Assembly: GCA_963733195.1 (NCBI GenBank)
Contig: CAVTCR010000059.1
Span: 128,001-192,000 of the forward strand
DNA from: an uncultured delta proteobacterium
GTDB taxonomy: Bacteria; Desulfobacterota; Binatia; Bin18
Length of the DNA stretch: 64,000 bases
Reading direction: 5' to 3'
Every line of letters begins with the position of its first letter. Positions within the stretch are counted from its first letter, which is position 1. The position numbers and the translations under genes are program-made. The notes beneath the pieces were generated by a model. It was not told where the DNA came from and ran no database searches. It worked only from the letters and a program-made list of their open reading frames with translations. This document shows, one piece after another, positions 30,883-40,717 of the stretch.

Positions 30883-31070
30883 AGCGATGCTCCAAGAAAG
30901 CAATTGGATTATGTATCCATTTGTTCATCGATCCATTGGGCAAATGATCAATGACTTAATGACGTAATCCTCGTATGCAAGCAAGAGGTACACCGCAGCC
31001 TATAAAGGTTTTGTCATTCTCGCCTAACCTTGCTAAGGTTGCGATGGTACGTAAGAAGGAGTGTTGGGGA

Positions 31071-31616
31071 ATGGCACAGCTAACCGTGAAAGAATTTGAC
31101 GATCTTGTTGGTAACCTCGTTACCCATCTTGGGTTGAACCAGTTCTACGAGAAACTGCTGAGAGCAAATGCGGTGGTGTCGCGTAAACGTCCGGCGAGCG
31201 TGCAGGCACTTGCGACCCAGCTCTATCAATTAAGTGCAGGGTTACGGCGCGAGCATCCATCCCGCTATGCATTGGAGGTCCTGTGGCAGGACATGTTGTC
31301 GAAAAGTGTCAGCGAGGAGCAGAACAAAACCATTGAAGGGCTGATCGAGAAAGTGAATACGTGCCTGACTGATCGACTCGAGATCATCCCAGAGAAAACA
31401 GCCGATCTCGTCACTGCACTTGGCGATTATCATCGAGGTTTAGCAAGTCTCACAAATGATGAGGTTGCCTACATAGAACTGCTGCTTCGGGCGACGGGTG
31501 ATATTGCTCGATTTCTCCGTGAGCGAAGAACTGAAGTGATTGAAGCTGGTATGAAAAGAGCTGCTGAATCGCAGAAGGCCGAAGGGAGCGACCCAGTAAC
31601 GACGGGTGAAGCGTAG
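31071..31616 (+). CDS. Hypothetical protein
   Basis: Helical-looking ORF of about 181 aa; start codon uncertain. Confidence 0.65.
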   Translation: MAQLTVKEFDDLVGNLVTHLGLNQFYEKLLRANAVVSRKRPASVQALATQLYQLSAGLRREHPSRYALEVLWQDMLSKSVSEEQNKTIEGLIEKVNTCLTDRLEIIPEKTADLVTALGDYHRGLASLTNDEVAYIELLLRATGDIARFLRERRTEVIEAGMKRAAESQKAEGSDPVTTGEA

Positions 31617-31667
31617 AGAAGATGGACACAATACTGTTTGACAGTCGTTATGCGAGCATGTTTGTGG

Positions 31668-31778
31668 ATTCCTTCTCACCTTGTGGGAGAAAATCAGAAT
31701 GAGAAGGAACTTGAGGATACATCTCTATTGATCGCTCAACACCTTCACCCTAGCCCTCTCCCACGAAAGGAGAGGGGA
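31668..31778. repeat. Inverted doublet of CCCTCACCCTARCCCTCTCCC-type palindromic repeats
   Basis: ccttcaccctagccctctcccacgaaaggagagggga at 31742-31778 with a degenerate inverted copy near 31668-31708, between convergent genes. Confidence 0.6.
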
Positions 31779-31839
31779 AGACAAAGGCGACTCATGGCAC
31801 CGCCAAAATTTGAGCCGATCAGTATTGGGCAGGGCGCTT

Positions 31840-33316
31840 CTACTGTTGCAACCGGCATCGCCCGGGATGTTGTGGGTCTTCTTGTAATTCGTGAATCTTC
31901 CACATGCTAGTACTTTGCTGGCGAATGTCGGCAAGGCAAAAGAATGGTCCATATGTCGAAGTTTGCCCGTCCTGGTCAACTGCTGTGATGGATTGCACAA
32001 GGGGTACGATGATCTGTTGGTCTGTGCTGATCGTGCTTCGTCCTTCATCAAAATCAAGCGACAGTGTGATTCGCTGACTCTTGGCAAAAAGTTGTCTCAG
32101 TGCCTTCCTCCACGCTTGGTCCATTACCCATACATGATCGAGAGTATTCAGGTCTCGTGATTCATAAGCGTCTTTGTACATATCTGTTAGCGGGACCAAG
32201 GCTGCTTGAGTTGAGTTATATCGGCGAACAAGATCGCTACGGGCAAGGGCCGCCGTTTGTGGGGGCGCGGCACTTGCAGCGGAAGCCCGTGCGCTATCTT
32301 CTTCCTCAACATCCCTCTTTCGTGCTGAAAGCATCTCAGTGCTCCCGATTCTCCCTTCCGCGGCGATGGTAGGAGCAGGGGCCTTAGGGCGCACTTGTCG
32401 TTCTTTTTCTCCCATCGGGCGGCTTTTCTGTTGAGCAGGAGCTTCGACGTCACGGGCTCCTGCTCCCATAGGAAGCGAGGTAGCAGGGGAGGCAGGAGGT
32501 GGAAGCGGTTCTGGCACACGTTCATCTTTCAATGCGAAGTCTTCTTGCCGGGCGGACTGCTTGGCCAGTTTTGCCGGAGGAGTATCCTCTTTTGCTTTCT
32601 TCATCGTCTCTTGTTCTGATGCAGCGGCGGATTCCTGCTGTGCGGGTCCCCGTATTGGAGCAGATTCAGAAGCGGCATAGTGGTGGCGGAGGTTGGAGTG
32701 TCTGCCTTTCTTCGATTCGCACACCAGTCTCTCGCTTCACCTCAGGCCGCGCTAACTCAGGAACCGGCGCAGAAGTCGGCGCTACATCAGAAGAAATCGG
32801 AGCTTTGGTGAAAGAGGAAGAATAATAAGAACGGATGAACGGCACGGACAGTAGCAGCACTAGACCATACGCGAAGGCTGGGTGAAGAAATAGGGATCGC
32901 AGACTATGCCATGCGTGTCCGATCCAAGACGCGTGCGTATCTGCGGTAACATTGGGCTGTATTTCTGTGGTCCATTGCTGGATAAGTGCAGGGTCGAACG
33001 ACCCTAACAGTTTCACTTCTTCGCGGCATGCCGCGCATGAACGCAAATGCACATCGATTTTGCTACGTTCTTCTGCTGGTAGGAGATACGATCTCTGTTG
33101 AAACTGGATCAAAGCCTCTGCAGACGGATGGAGTGCGGCACTGGAGTTGCCCATCGAGCGTAAGCTATGTTCGAGCGAGGTCCATTTCTGGATCTCGGCA
33201 GAACATGTAGCGCAGTGCGGATAATGCGCTCTGAACTCTTGCCAGTCTGAACCGTGCGGTTCAATTAGAAAGAGTGCTAGATCGATTTCCTGGGCTTTGT
33301 AACACTTCTCGGCCAT
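31840..33316 (-). CDS. Anti-sigma factor (tandem zf-HC2, TM helix, extracytoplasmic domain; frameshift near 32680)
   Basis: HYPHCATC and HLRSCAAC HxxxCxxC motifs; TM FAYGLVLLLSVPFI; continues in ORF 31840-32724. Confidence 0.8.
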
Positions 33317-33369
33317 GTGACGACAGCTCGATTCCTACGATCTTCGTTCAATGCTCCTACCTAATAAGA

Positions 33370-33398
33370 AAGACCAGAACTTCTCACAAATGGGATCA
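33370..33398 (-). promoter_or_regulatory. Putative ECF promoter upstream of anti-sigma gene
   Basis: TGATCC-N17-GGTCTT on minus strand, overlapping the sigma stop codon. Confidence 0.65.
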
Positions 33399-33953
33399 CT
33401 CTCCCTCAAAAAGTTGTTTTCGTAACTGGGTTAACGCTTGTTGCAGATAGCGTTTGAGGCTCCCGAGTGGAATTGCTGTCACTGCCGCCGCTTCCTCATA
33501 CGTTCGTCCTTCAACATACACAGCCTGCACAACCTGCTGTTGCTTCTCGGGTAAACTTAGCAAGGCAGAACGAACCGACAATGCCGCCGTTTCATCCTGT
33601 GTTTCGCTGAGATCAGGAAGCTGTGTAACCTCCATCCCACGATTCGCTTGTAAGAAATCGTAGAACTCATGGCGCGTGATGATCCGCGCATACTCGACAA
33701 AGGCTTTGGGTTCGCGCAGCTTTCCTTGACTGAAACTCTGGACCAGTTTCATCAAAACAATCTGACGTAGATCTTCCCATTCTTCGCGGTGATCAAACGC
33801 GCGCAACCCGGCCAAAAAACCGGAAACTAAGCGGTTGAGTTTGGCAAAAGCGACATGCTTCGCATCTGGCGTGCCATGCAGTAGCGCCTCCATAACACTT
33901 TCCCAATCTTCTGTAGGGCGATTATGCTCCTCACGTGCACGCATTGCCAACAA
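33396..33953 (-). CDS. ECF RNA polymerase sigma factor
   Basis: EDLRQIVLMK region 2; ALLSLPEKQQ..GRTYEEAA..IPLGSLKRYL region 4. Confidence 0.88.
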   Translation of the reverse strand: MLAMRAREEHNRPTEDWESVMEALLHGTPDAKHVAFAKLNRLVSGFLAGLRAFDHREEWEDLRQIVLMKLVQSFSQGKLREPKAFVEYARIITRHEFYDFLQANRGMEVTQLPDLSETQDETAALSVRSALLSLPEKQQQVVQAVYVEGRTYEEAAAVTAIPLGSLKRYLQQALTQLRKQLFEGE

Positions 33954-34013
33954 CCAAACAATTCGCCTTTCCCTGCATAGACATACAATACTCTCGTATA
34001 ATCGTCCAAGCGG

Positions 34014-34042
34014 TGATCCGATTCGCCTTACTCCGGGGTCTT
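34014..34042 (+). promoter_or_regulatory. Putative ECF promoter upstream of RnfD-like/DUF2330 gene
   Basis: TGATCC-N17-GGTCTT, same hexamers and spacing as 33370-33398. Confidence 0.65.
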
Positions 34043-34073
34043 ACTCAATAAAGCGCAAGAAAGAAACACTGAC

Positions 34074-36278
34074 ATGCAATGCGATGCACGTATCTGGCAG
34101 GTAATGGTTTTGACGGGAATCCTCGTTTTTGGTGTCCATTCATTGGATTTTCCGCTGTCGCTCAGTGTTATTATCGCAACGTTGGTCAGCGGGATACTGA
34201 GCGAGTATCTCTTTAGTGCGCTTCTGGGGTTCAAGCGAGAGCCGCGACCCTTAAGCGCGACGATCAGTGCATTGAGTGTCCTCTTGCTCTTTCGTTCGTC
34301 ACTTGCCTGGGCCTATCCGTGTATTGTGGTTTTGGCAGTTGCCAGTAAATACTTCATCCGCTTGCGCGGACGACACTGGCTCAATCCGACCAACTTTGCC
34401 GTGTTGGTAGGGACATTATTCCTCCCAGGATGGCTTTCTTCCGGGCAGTGGGGGCATCTCGCTATCCTTCCGCTTGCTTTAGGTGGACTTGGTATTCTCG
34501 TCCTGTTGCGGGCCGGACGGCTCGATAGTGCACTCACGTTTCTCGCTTTGAGTTCTACGTTAGAGTGCGCGCGGATTCTCTATTACGGCTATCCACACCC
34601 AGTCGATATTTTTGTCCATCGCCTCAATAACGGCGCACTGTGGCTGTTCACTTTCTATATGCTCACTGATCCACAGACGACCCCACAGGCGCGGTGGGGC
34701 CGAGTGCTACATGCCAGTCTTGTCGCGCTTGTCGGTTTTTACTTTGCTGAATGGTGGTACTGGAAAGACACGTTTCTTTGGTCGCTTTTGTGTATATCGC
34801 CGACCGTTCCATTACTCGATTGGCTTCACGCAGCACGTAACACACAATACGTTTCCGGCAGTCATCAACCCGTAACCCCAAATCCAATTTCCCAGGAGGT
34901 CTCTCGTATGCAAAAGCAGCTTGTTCGTGTCTCTCTTCTGTTGTTGAGCTTTGTCCTGTTGTGGCCGAATCTCGGCTACAGCTTCTGTGGTTTTTATGTT
35001 GCTCGGGCTGATGCCAAACTCTATAACTCGGCCTCTCAGGTTGTCGTCGCTCGTGACGAAGACAAGACTGTGATTACGATGGTGAATAACTTCAAAGGCG
35101 ATCTGAAAGAATTCGCGATGGTTATTCCGGTTCCAACGGTGCTGGAAAAAGAGATGGTCCGGGTTATCGAGCCGAAGGTGGTTGAGCACCTCGATGCCTA
35201 TTCCGCACCGCGGTTAGTAGAGTATCACGATCCTGATCCGTGTATGGCTGTAGTGATGGAACAAGAAGGACGGATGATGGCGAAGTCAGCAGCGGCTCCG
35301 ATGGCAGATGCGAGACGTGAACGAGCTGCGTCCCTCGGCGTGAGAATCGAGGCGGAGTACACTGTTGGTGAGTACGACATTGTCGTGCTTTCAGCCAAAG
35401 AATCACAGGGATTGGAGACATGGCTGAAGCAGAATAACTACAATATTCCTGTTGGTGCGTCGCAAGCACTGGCGCCGTATATTCGCAGTGACATGAAGTT
35501 CTTTGTTGCCAAAGTTAACCTCAAAGAACAGGGGCGCTCGGGTTTTACCTCGTTACGACCGTTGCAGTTTGCGTTTGAATCGCCACGCTTCATGCTGCCG
35601 ATTCGCTTAGGCATGATCAACGCAGATGGTCCACAAGACTTGTTAATTTACTTTCTGACCAAGCAGTATCGGGTTGAGGTGACCAATTACCGCAATCCCA
35701 AACTGCCGAGCGACCAAGAAGTCCCTCCCTACATTAAGCAAGAATTTGCGAAATTTTACACTGATATGTTTCGTACCGCGACCAGCAAGGAAAACTCACA
35801 GGCTGTTTTTACTGAGTACGCCTGGAACATGAGCTGGTGTGATCCTTGTGCGGCAGAGCCATTGTCGCAACAGGAGCTGGAAAGCTTAGGGGTATGGTGG
35901 CTTAGCGGCTCACAAGGGAGAGTTGCTCCTGGAGGCTTGCCGTGGCCAGGTGGAGGAGCCGTACAAGCCTATGTAACACGGTTGCATGTCCGTTATGATG
36001 CACAGCACTTTCCAGAAGATTTATCCTTCAAGATTACCCAGGACACATCGAACTTTCAGGGACGGTACATCTTGCGTCATCCATGGACGGGTACTGTGAG
36101 TTGCCCCGCAGGGCAGGAATATCTGCGACAAGTCTCCCAACGGCAAGAACGTGAAGCGCAGACGCTGGCTTCACTCACAGGCTGGGATCTCCAGCAAATC
36201 CGTACACGCCAACCAAAGGTTGCAGCTGTGTCAGAGCAAGGCTGGAAAGAGCAGATTAAGTCGTTGTTCAAGAAGTAG
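34074..36278 (+). CDS. RnfD/NqrB-like membrane protein in frame with a DUF2330 protein (internal start at 34908)
   Basis: HWLNPTNF and FYMLTDPQTTP motifs; GGAGG-ATG at 34908 precedes a signal peptide and FCGFYV..SAPRLVEY..DPC. Confidence 0.8.
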   Translation: MQCDARIWQVMVLTGILVFGVHSLDFPLSLSVIIATLVSGILSEYLFSALLGFKREPRPLSATISALSVLLLFRSSLAWAYPCIVVLAVASKYFIRLRGRHWLNPTNFAVLVGTLFLPGWLSSGQWGHLAILPLALGGLGILVLLRAGRLDSALTFLALSSTLECARILYYGYPHPVDIFVHRLNNGALWLFTFYMLTDPQTTPQARWGRVLHASLVALVGFYFAEWWYWKDTFLWSLLCISPTVPLLDWLHAARNTQYVSGSHQPVTPNPISQEVSRMQKQLVRVSLLLLSFVLLWPNLGYSFCGFYVARADAKLYNSASQVVVARDEDKTVITMVNNFKGDLKEFAMVIPVPTVLEKEMVRVIEPKVVEHLDAYSAPRLVEYHDPDPCMAVVMEQEGRMMAKSAAAPMADARRERAASLGVRIEAEYTVGEYDIVVLSAKESQGLETWLKQNNYNIPVGASQALAPYIRSDMKFFVAKVNLKEQGRSGFTSLRPLQFAFESPRFMLPIRLGMINADGPQDLLIYFLTKQYRVEVTNYRNPKLPSDQEVPPYIKQEFAKFYTDMFRTATSKENSQAVFTEYAWNMSWCDPCAAEPLSQQELESLGVWWLSGSQGRVAPGGLPWPGGGAVQAYVTRLHVRYDAQHFPEDLSFKITQDTSNFQGRYILRHPWTGTVSCPAGQEYLRQVSQRQEREAQTLASLTGWDLQQIRTRQPKVAAVSEQGWKEQIKSLFKK

Positions 36279-36873
36279 GCTGTTGCGGTTGAGCAGCGAG
36301 ACCTTTTTTCAACGCCCGAATAGTTGAGACAAAGGTCTCGCGCAGTGCGCTTTTCTGCAAAGCCAGTGGTACTGGGAGCTTGGCCTTGTCTTTGGCGGTG
36401 CCGGTATAGGTCACTAACGTTTTTGTCCCATCGGGTGACGGTGTGAAGCGATACTGCCCGGTCAGATCAGAGAATTGGTTCTCAATGGTTTTGATCGTGA
36501 CTCGATTCTCTTCCGGCACGAACGTGAACTCCAGGGTCAAGCGTTGTGGCTGACCAAGAATCACCATTTCGAACTCTACTGTTTTACGATTGCCTTCGCT
36601 GCTCAAGAGCTTTGCGTAGCGAACAGAATCACTAAATTCCCGTGAGCGTTCGGGCTCGGCAAACGCACGAAAAACTGTGTCGACGGGCGCATCAACCCTG
36701 GAGGTGAACTCAATCTGCATGGTGTCAGTGTCCTTCTCTAGCTTTTCGCTGAGAATTTCTGCCACTTGCCCTTCCCATTGCTGGGCCGCAGAGCGCAAGC
36801 GCAAATACCACCACCCAATGGCAGTGGCACCGACAACACTAAGAACGAGAGCACTCCAGAGAAATCTTTTCAC
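36268..36873 (-). CDS. SRPBCC/START-like (polyketide cyclase fold) membrane-anchored protein
   Basis: GTG at 36873 overlapping the upstream TGA; TM helix, then RVDAPVDTVFRAFAEPE..GQYRFTP. Confidence 0.65.
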   Translation of the reverse strand: MKRFLWSALVLSVVGATAIGWWYLRLRSAAQQWEGQVAEILSEKLEKDTDTMQIEFTSRVDAPVDTVFRAFAEPERSREFSDSVRYAKLLSSEGNRKTVEFEMVILGQPQRLTLEFTFVPEENRVTIKTIENQFSDLTGQYRFTPSPDGTKTLVTYTGTAKDKAKLPVPLALQKSALRETFVSTIRALKKGLAAQPQQPTS

Positions 36874-37226
36874 GGACTTAGCGAAGCGCGCTCTGCTGAC
36901 TGTGCCTGGGAGTGGACCACTAAAATAAATCTGGTCTTGACCACGGATATGTTCAGGATTAAGTACGTAATTCCCACCCAACGATGGGGTCCATACTCTC
37001 TCCGCCGTAGTATAATTACCGCCGGTGAGTACATAGGCAAAACCACCTGTGATCCCACCGAGCGTGGCATACACTAACTTGGTAGGCATGTAAACGACAT
37101 TGGCAAGGACGGTTGCTGTTCCCACCCCAACATCGTCGCTAAAATCAGCCTGCACGGTTATCGGAGCCGATAACAGCTAAAGTCGAACAGTCCACTACCC
37201 AGAATACGAATCATTCTCTTTCTCAT
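36870..37226 (-). CDS. Small exported hypothetical protein (apparently frameshifted)
   Basis: GGAGG RBS and ATG 37226 with a broken signal peptide; core ANVVYMPTKLVYATLGG. Confidence 0.5.
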
Positions 37227-37254
37227 AACTTCAACCTCCTCTTCAACCTCTTTA

Positions 37255-37992
37255 TCATCCTTCTGTTTTCACCACACAGCCGGTGGGTAAAAGTTGCATT
37301 AAGTGTGCGAATGCGTGTTCAACATACTCCCTATCTTTTGACTCAAGTGTCAGTTTAACACGATACTCGCTGTTACCAATCTTAGGGTAGGATCCTAAGA
37401 GTAGCTCTGGGTAGATACGTAGCGTTTCGTTCAGATGAACGGCAATGACACTTTCTAGTTCGTTGGTATAGATGATCTTTAGATGGTACGGGTCACTCAC
37501 AAAGCGCTCTTTGAGGGCGTGAAACTTCTGCTGCAGAATCTCAGGGATCCCCGGCAGGATGTAAATATTCTCCGCTTTGATAGTGGGGAAGCGAATGCGC
37601 TCATCCATCAGTAATTCCGCCCCTTCTGGTACTTCAGCCATTTTCAGATGAGCAGCATTCGGAGTTTTCCCGTTCAGATACTCATGGATCTTCGCTTCAA
37701 GGACAGGGTGGACAATCACGCGACGCCCCAGGGCTCGTGCGACGCCTTCGATGGTAATGTCGTCGTGAGTTGGGCCAACTCCTCCCGACGTGAAGACGAG
37801 ATCAAATGTTTGGTGGAAATCGCGGACTGTTTCTTCAATGACATCTAGCTCATCGGGAATCACGATGACGCGCTTGAGCGTGACACCCAGCTGGCGAAGT
37901 TCATGTGCCAAGAACGCCGAATTCGAATCGACCGTCTTGCCTGAGAGGATCTCGTTTCCGATCACTACGATACCAGCCCTCAGTTCACGCAT
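37255..37992 (-). CDS. CinA-like molybdopterin-binding domain protein
   Basis: IGNEILSGKTVDSNS, SGGVGPTHDDIT, LPGIP. Confidence 0.9.
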   Translation of the reverse strand: MRELRAGIVVIGNEILSGKTVDSNSAFLAHELRQLGVTLKRVIVIPDELDVIEETVRDFHQTFDLVFTSGGVGPTHDDITIEGVARALGRRVIVHPVLEAKIHEYLNGKTPNAAHLKMAEVPEGAELLMDERIRFPTIKAENIYILPGIPEILQQKFHALKERFVSDPYHLKIIYTNELESVIAVHLNETLRIYPELLLGSYPKIGNSEYRVKLTLESKDREYVEHAFAHLMQLLPTGCVVKTEG

Positions 37993-38052
37993 AGCGGCAC
38001 TATAAACTGCTTTGGGGGAGTATGGCAAGATTTTTCTTATGACGGACAGAGC

Positions 38053-39117
38053 TTATTCGCTGACGAAGCCGATGTCGAGGTCTTTGGCGTCTTTAAATTC
38101 GCGTAACAGAAAGTCTTTAAGCTTCTTCTTCAGTCGGCTTTCTAACTGACGAATCCGTTCACGGCTGATACCGTACTGATCACCGATCTCTTGCAATGTC
38201 ACCGGCTCTTCGGCGAGCAAGCGGGTGCGGAAGATGACTTCTTCTTTTCCCTTGAGGGTACGCGCAAACTCGAGCATCTTTTTGCTCATGAGCGCACGGT
38301 ACTCCGCCGCGGCAACGGCTTCTTCCGCGTTGTCCTGTTTGGTAGAAATGAGATCTCCCAGGGTCGCACTCTCTCCTTCGTCGGCGTCGATCGGCGTATC
38401 GAGCGACACATCACGTCCGGCCATGCGCTTTTGCATCTCGACGACTTCTTCTTCTTTAACGCCAAGATTTTGTGCAATCAGTTTCGGTGCAGGAGAAAAT
38501 CCCTCTGCCTCAAGCCGTTCTTTTTCGCGTTGAAGATTGAAGAACAATTTGCGCTGGGCTTGAGTGGTGCCAAGTTTGACCATGCGCCAGTTATTCATCA
38601 AGTAACGAATGATATACGCCCGGACCCACCATACGGCATACGAGGGGAAGCGTACGCCTCGATAGGGATCGAAGTTGCGCACGGCCTCCATGAGGCCAAT
38701 GCTTCCTTCCTGAATCAAATCAAGCAAGTTGTGCACAGCGCGTTCGTATTTACGCGCGAACATGACGACCAGCCGCAAATTCGCGGTGACGAGTCGATAC
38801 GCTGCCTCGACATCTCCATGCTCTTTGTAACGGACGGCAAGTTGGTGCTCCTCTTCTGGTGTAAGCAACGGATAGCGACGAATTTCTGCTAGATATCGCT
38901 GAAGAGGATCATATGGAACTAGTGCGGTATCGGTTTCTGCACTGTCCTTCTCCTCATCTTCGGTAGTAACGTCGTCGTCAGAGAGGGTTTCCACCTCCAC
39001 GAGCGGTGCTTCTGTTATTTCTTCTTCACCGGACGCTTCTACAGTGTCGGCTCGGGAAACGTCAGAGGGAGAAGGACGAACGATCTCCTCTTTGGCTTTT
39101 TTTCTGGCACGTGGCAT
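38053..39117 (-). CDS. rpoH: RNA polymerase sigma-32 factor
   Basis: LVTANLRLVV, DLIQEG, RpoH box TTQAQRKLFFNL, SRERIRQLE. Confidence 0.9.
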   Translation of the reverse strand: MPRARKKAKEEIVRPSPSDVSRADTVEASGEEEITEAPLVEVETLSDDDVTTEDEEKDSAETDTALVPYDPLQRYLAEIRRYPLLTPEEEHQLAVRYKEHGDVEAAYRLVTANLRLVVMFARKYERAVHNLLDLIQEGSIGLMEAVRNFDPYRGVRFPSYAVWWVRAYIIRYLMNNWRMVKLGTTQAQRKLFFNLQREKERLEAEGFSPAPKLIAQNLGVKEEEVVEMQKRMAGRDVSLDTPIDADEGESATLGDLISTKQDNAEEAVAAAEYRALMSKKMLEFARTLKGKEEVIFRTRLLAEEPVTLQEIGDQYGISRERIRQLESRLKKKLKDFLLREFKDAKDLDIGFVSE

Positions 39118-39167
39118 GACAAGGACAGTATACGGTATGAGCTAACGGCAGGGGAGGCCCCTTGGCT

Positions 39168-40307
39168 CTAGAGGTGCAAGTTTTTACGTGGTGTGTCTGT
39201 ATAGCAACGTTCAAGTTGATCGACCGCTTGATGAAAGCGTTCACTCACTTCCTGGGGAACCTGGATCATGACTTTGACGTAAAAGTCACCATTCGTGTTT
39301 GTTTTTGTATCTGTGACACCTTTGCCTTTGAGCCGCAATACCTGACCGCTTTGACTGCCCGCGGGAATCTTGAGTTTGACGTCACCATGAGGAGTCGGGA
39401 CGGTAATGGTTGCACCATTCACTGCTTCGCCAATAGTCACTGGTACATCAAGGTACAGATCAAACCCCTTACGGGTCAATGTCGGATGGGGTTGGATGCG
39501 GATCTCAAGATACAGGTCGCCAGACGGACCACCGCTATGCGCTGCACCTTTGCCTGCCAAACGAATACGGGTGCCTTCATCTACACCTGCCGGTATCTTC
39601 ACAGTCAATTTCTCTGGCGTCGTGATGCGACCGCTGCCACCACATTGGTTGCATCCTCCAGAGTTCAATCTACCGGAACCTCCACAGCGGGCGCAGGTAC
39701 GGAAAAAAGCCATGGGGCCAGTACCAACACGAACTTGCCCTTGTCCTCCGCATTCTATGCACGCGCTGCTCTGACGTCTTACGCGACCCCCAGTGCCATG
39801 ACAGGTAGGGCACGGGCTTGGGCGCTGGATAGAAATGGTCGTACTCGTGCCGCGTATTGCATCAAGGAGGCTGAGATCGAGAACATACTCGAGGTCTTGC
39901 GCTGGCGTAACCTCCGGCTGTGAACGGCCACCGCGCCCAAAGTTACCAAAAATGTCGCCAAAAAGATCTTCAAATCCAGGTCCCGTACTGGAAGTGGTGC
40001 GATTCCCTTGTTGCCGAGAGGTAGAGCCTCGGGCGCTGTTCCATTGCCGGTAGGCACGCATTTGTTCTGCGTTAAACCCTGGCTGGAGTCCCTCCTCGCC
40101 AAATTCATCATAGAGCTTGCGCTTTGGCTCATCACTGAGAACGTCATGAGCCAAAGACACCTCTTTAAAGCGCTCTTCAGCTTGTTTGTTTCCTTGATTC
40201 ACATCGGGATGATACTTCCGTGCGAGCTGCCGATAGGCTTTTTTAATCTCGTCGGTTGAAGCGGTGCGGTTAACACCCAGCACGGTGTACAGATCCTTTT
40301 TGGCCAC
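39168..40307 (-). CDS. dnaJ: DnaJ chaperone (class A)
   Basis: HPD J-domain, G/F region, four CxxCxGxG repeats, C-terminal domain. Confidence 0.88.
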   Translation of the reverse strand: MAKKDLYTVLGVNRTASTDEIKKAYRQLARKYHPDVNQGNKQAEERFKEVSLAHDVLSDEPKRKLYDEFGEEGLQPGFNAEQMRAYRQWNSARGSTSRQQGNRTTSSTGPGFEDLFGDIFGNFGRGGRSQPEVTPAQDLEYVLDLSLLDAIRGTSTTISIQRPSPCPTCHGTGGRVRRQSSACIECGGQGQVRVGTGPMAFFRTCARCGGSGRLNSGGCNQCGGSGRITTPEKLTVKIPAGVDEGTRIRLAGKGAAHSGGPSGDLYLEIRIQPHPTLTRKGFDLYLDVPVTIGEAVNGATITVPTPHGDVKLKIPAGSQSGQVLRLKGKGVTDTKTNTNGDFYVKVMIQVPQEVSERFHQAVDQLERCYTDTPRKNLHL

Positions 40308-40507
40308 TACTTAATCTCTTTCGAAGCTTCTGACCAGACTTTTCCGGCAGCGATTTCGCGGAGGGCCGTTACGACTTCTTTGTTATCGGAGCCGACGAGC
40401 GGACGTGCTCCTTTGAGCAATTCTTTTGCTCGTCGTGCGGCGATCACAATGAGCTGGAAACGGTTGGGGATTTTTTGCAGACAATCTTCAACGGTAATAC
40501 GTGCCAC
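40307..40507 (-). CDS. rpoZ: RNA polymerase omega subunit
   Basis: [33 protein letters not shown]; GGAGG RBS; stop shares one base with dnaJ start. Confidence 0.95.
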   Translation of the reverse strand: MARITVEDCLQKIPNRFQLIVIAARRAKELLKGARPLVGSDNKEVVTALREIAAGKVWSEASKEIK

Positions 40508-40650
40508 GCGAGTCCTCCTTGGGAAGCAAAAATTGTCCAGTATGCTTCCTTTACACAGGAACAACGTAACACTGAAAAGAGAGAAGTAAAGAAAGCTCTG
40601 AACGGAGAGTCTCTGCCCTGTCCCTGGCTGAACGATTCTGGGAGTTCAGG

Positions 40651-40680
40651 GTAGAGACGTAGCAGGGGCTACGTCTCTAC
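40651..40680. repeat. Intergenic GTAGAGAC-type REP palindrome
   Basis: GTAGAGACGTAGC-aggg-GCTACGTCTCTAC. Confidence 0.9.
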
Positions 40681-40717
40681 AATAGCAGGAGAAAGATGTT
40701 GGTGTAAGAAGAAACAA

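Noticed and set aside
36268-37155. 295-aa ORF as a true fusion of a small exported protein with a START domain
   Set aside because: A GTGA stop/start overlap at 36870-36873 and a broken signal peptide upstream point to two genes joined by an indel. One printed block near 37161 also has 11 characters, so the local frame is uncertain.
38191-39923. Long plus-strand ORFs (233 and 253 aa) opposite rpoH and dnaJ
   Set aside because: Antisense shadows of conserved genes with no recognisable motifs.
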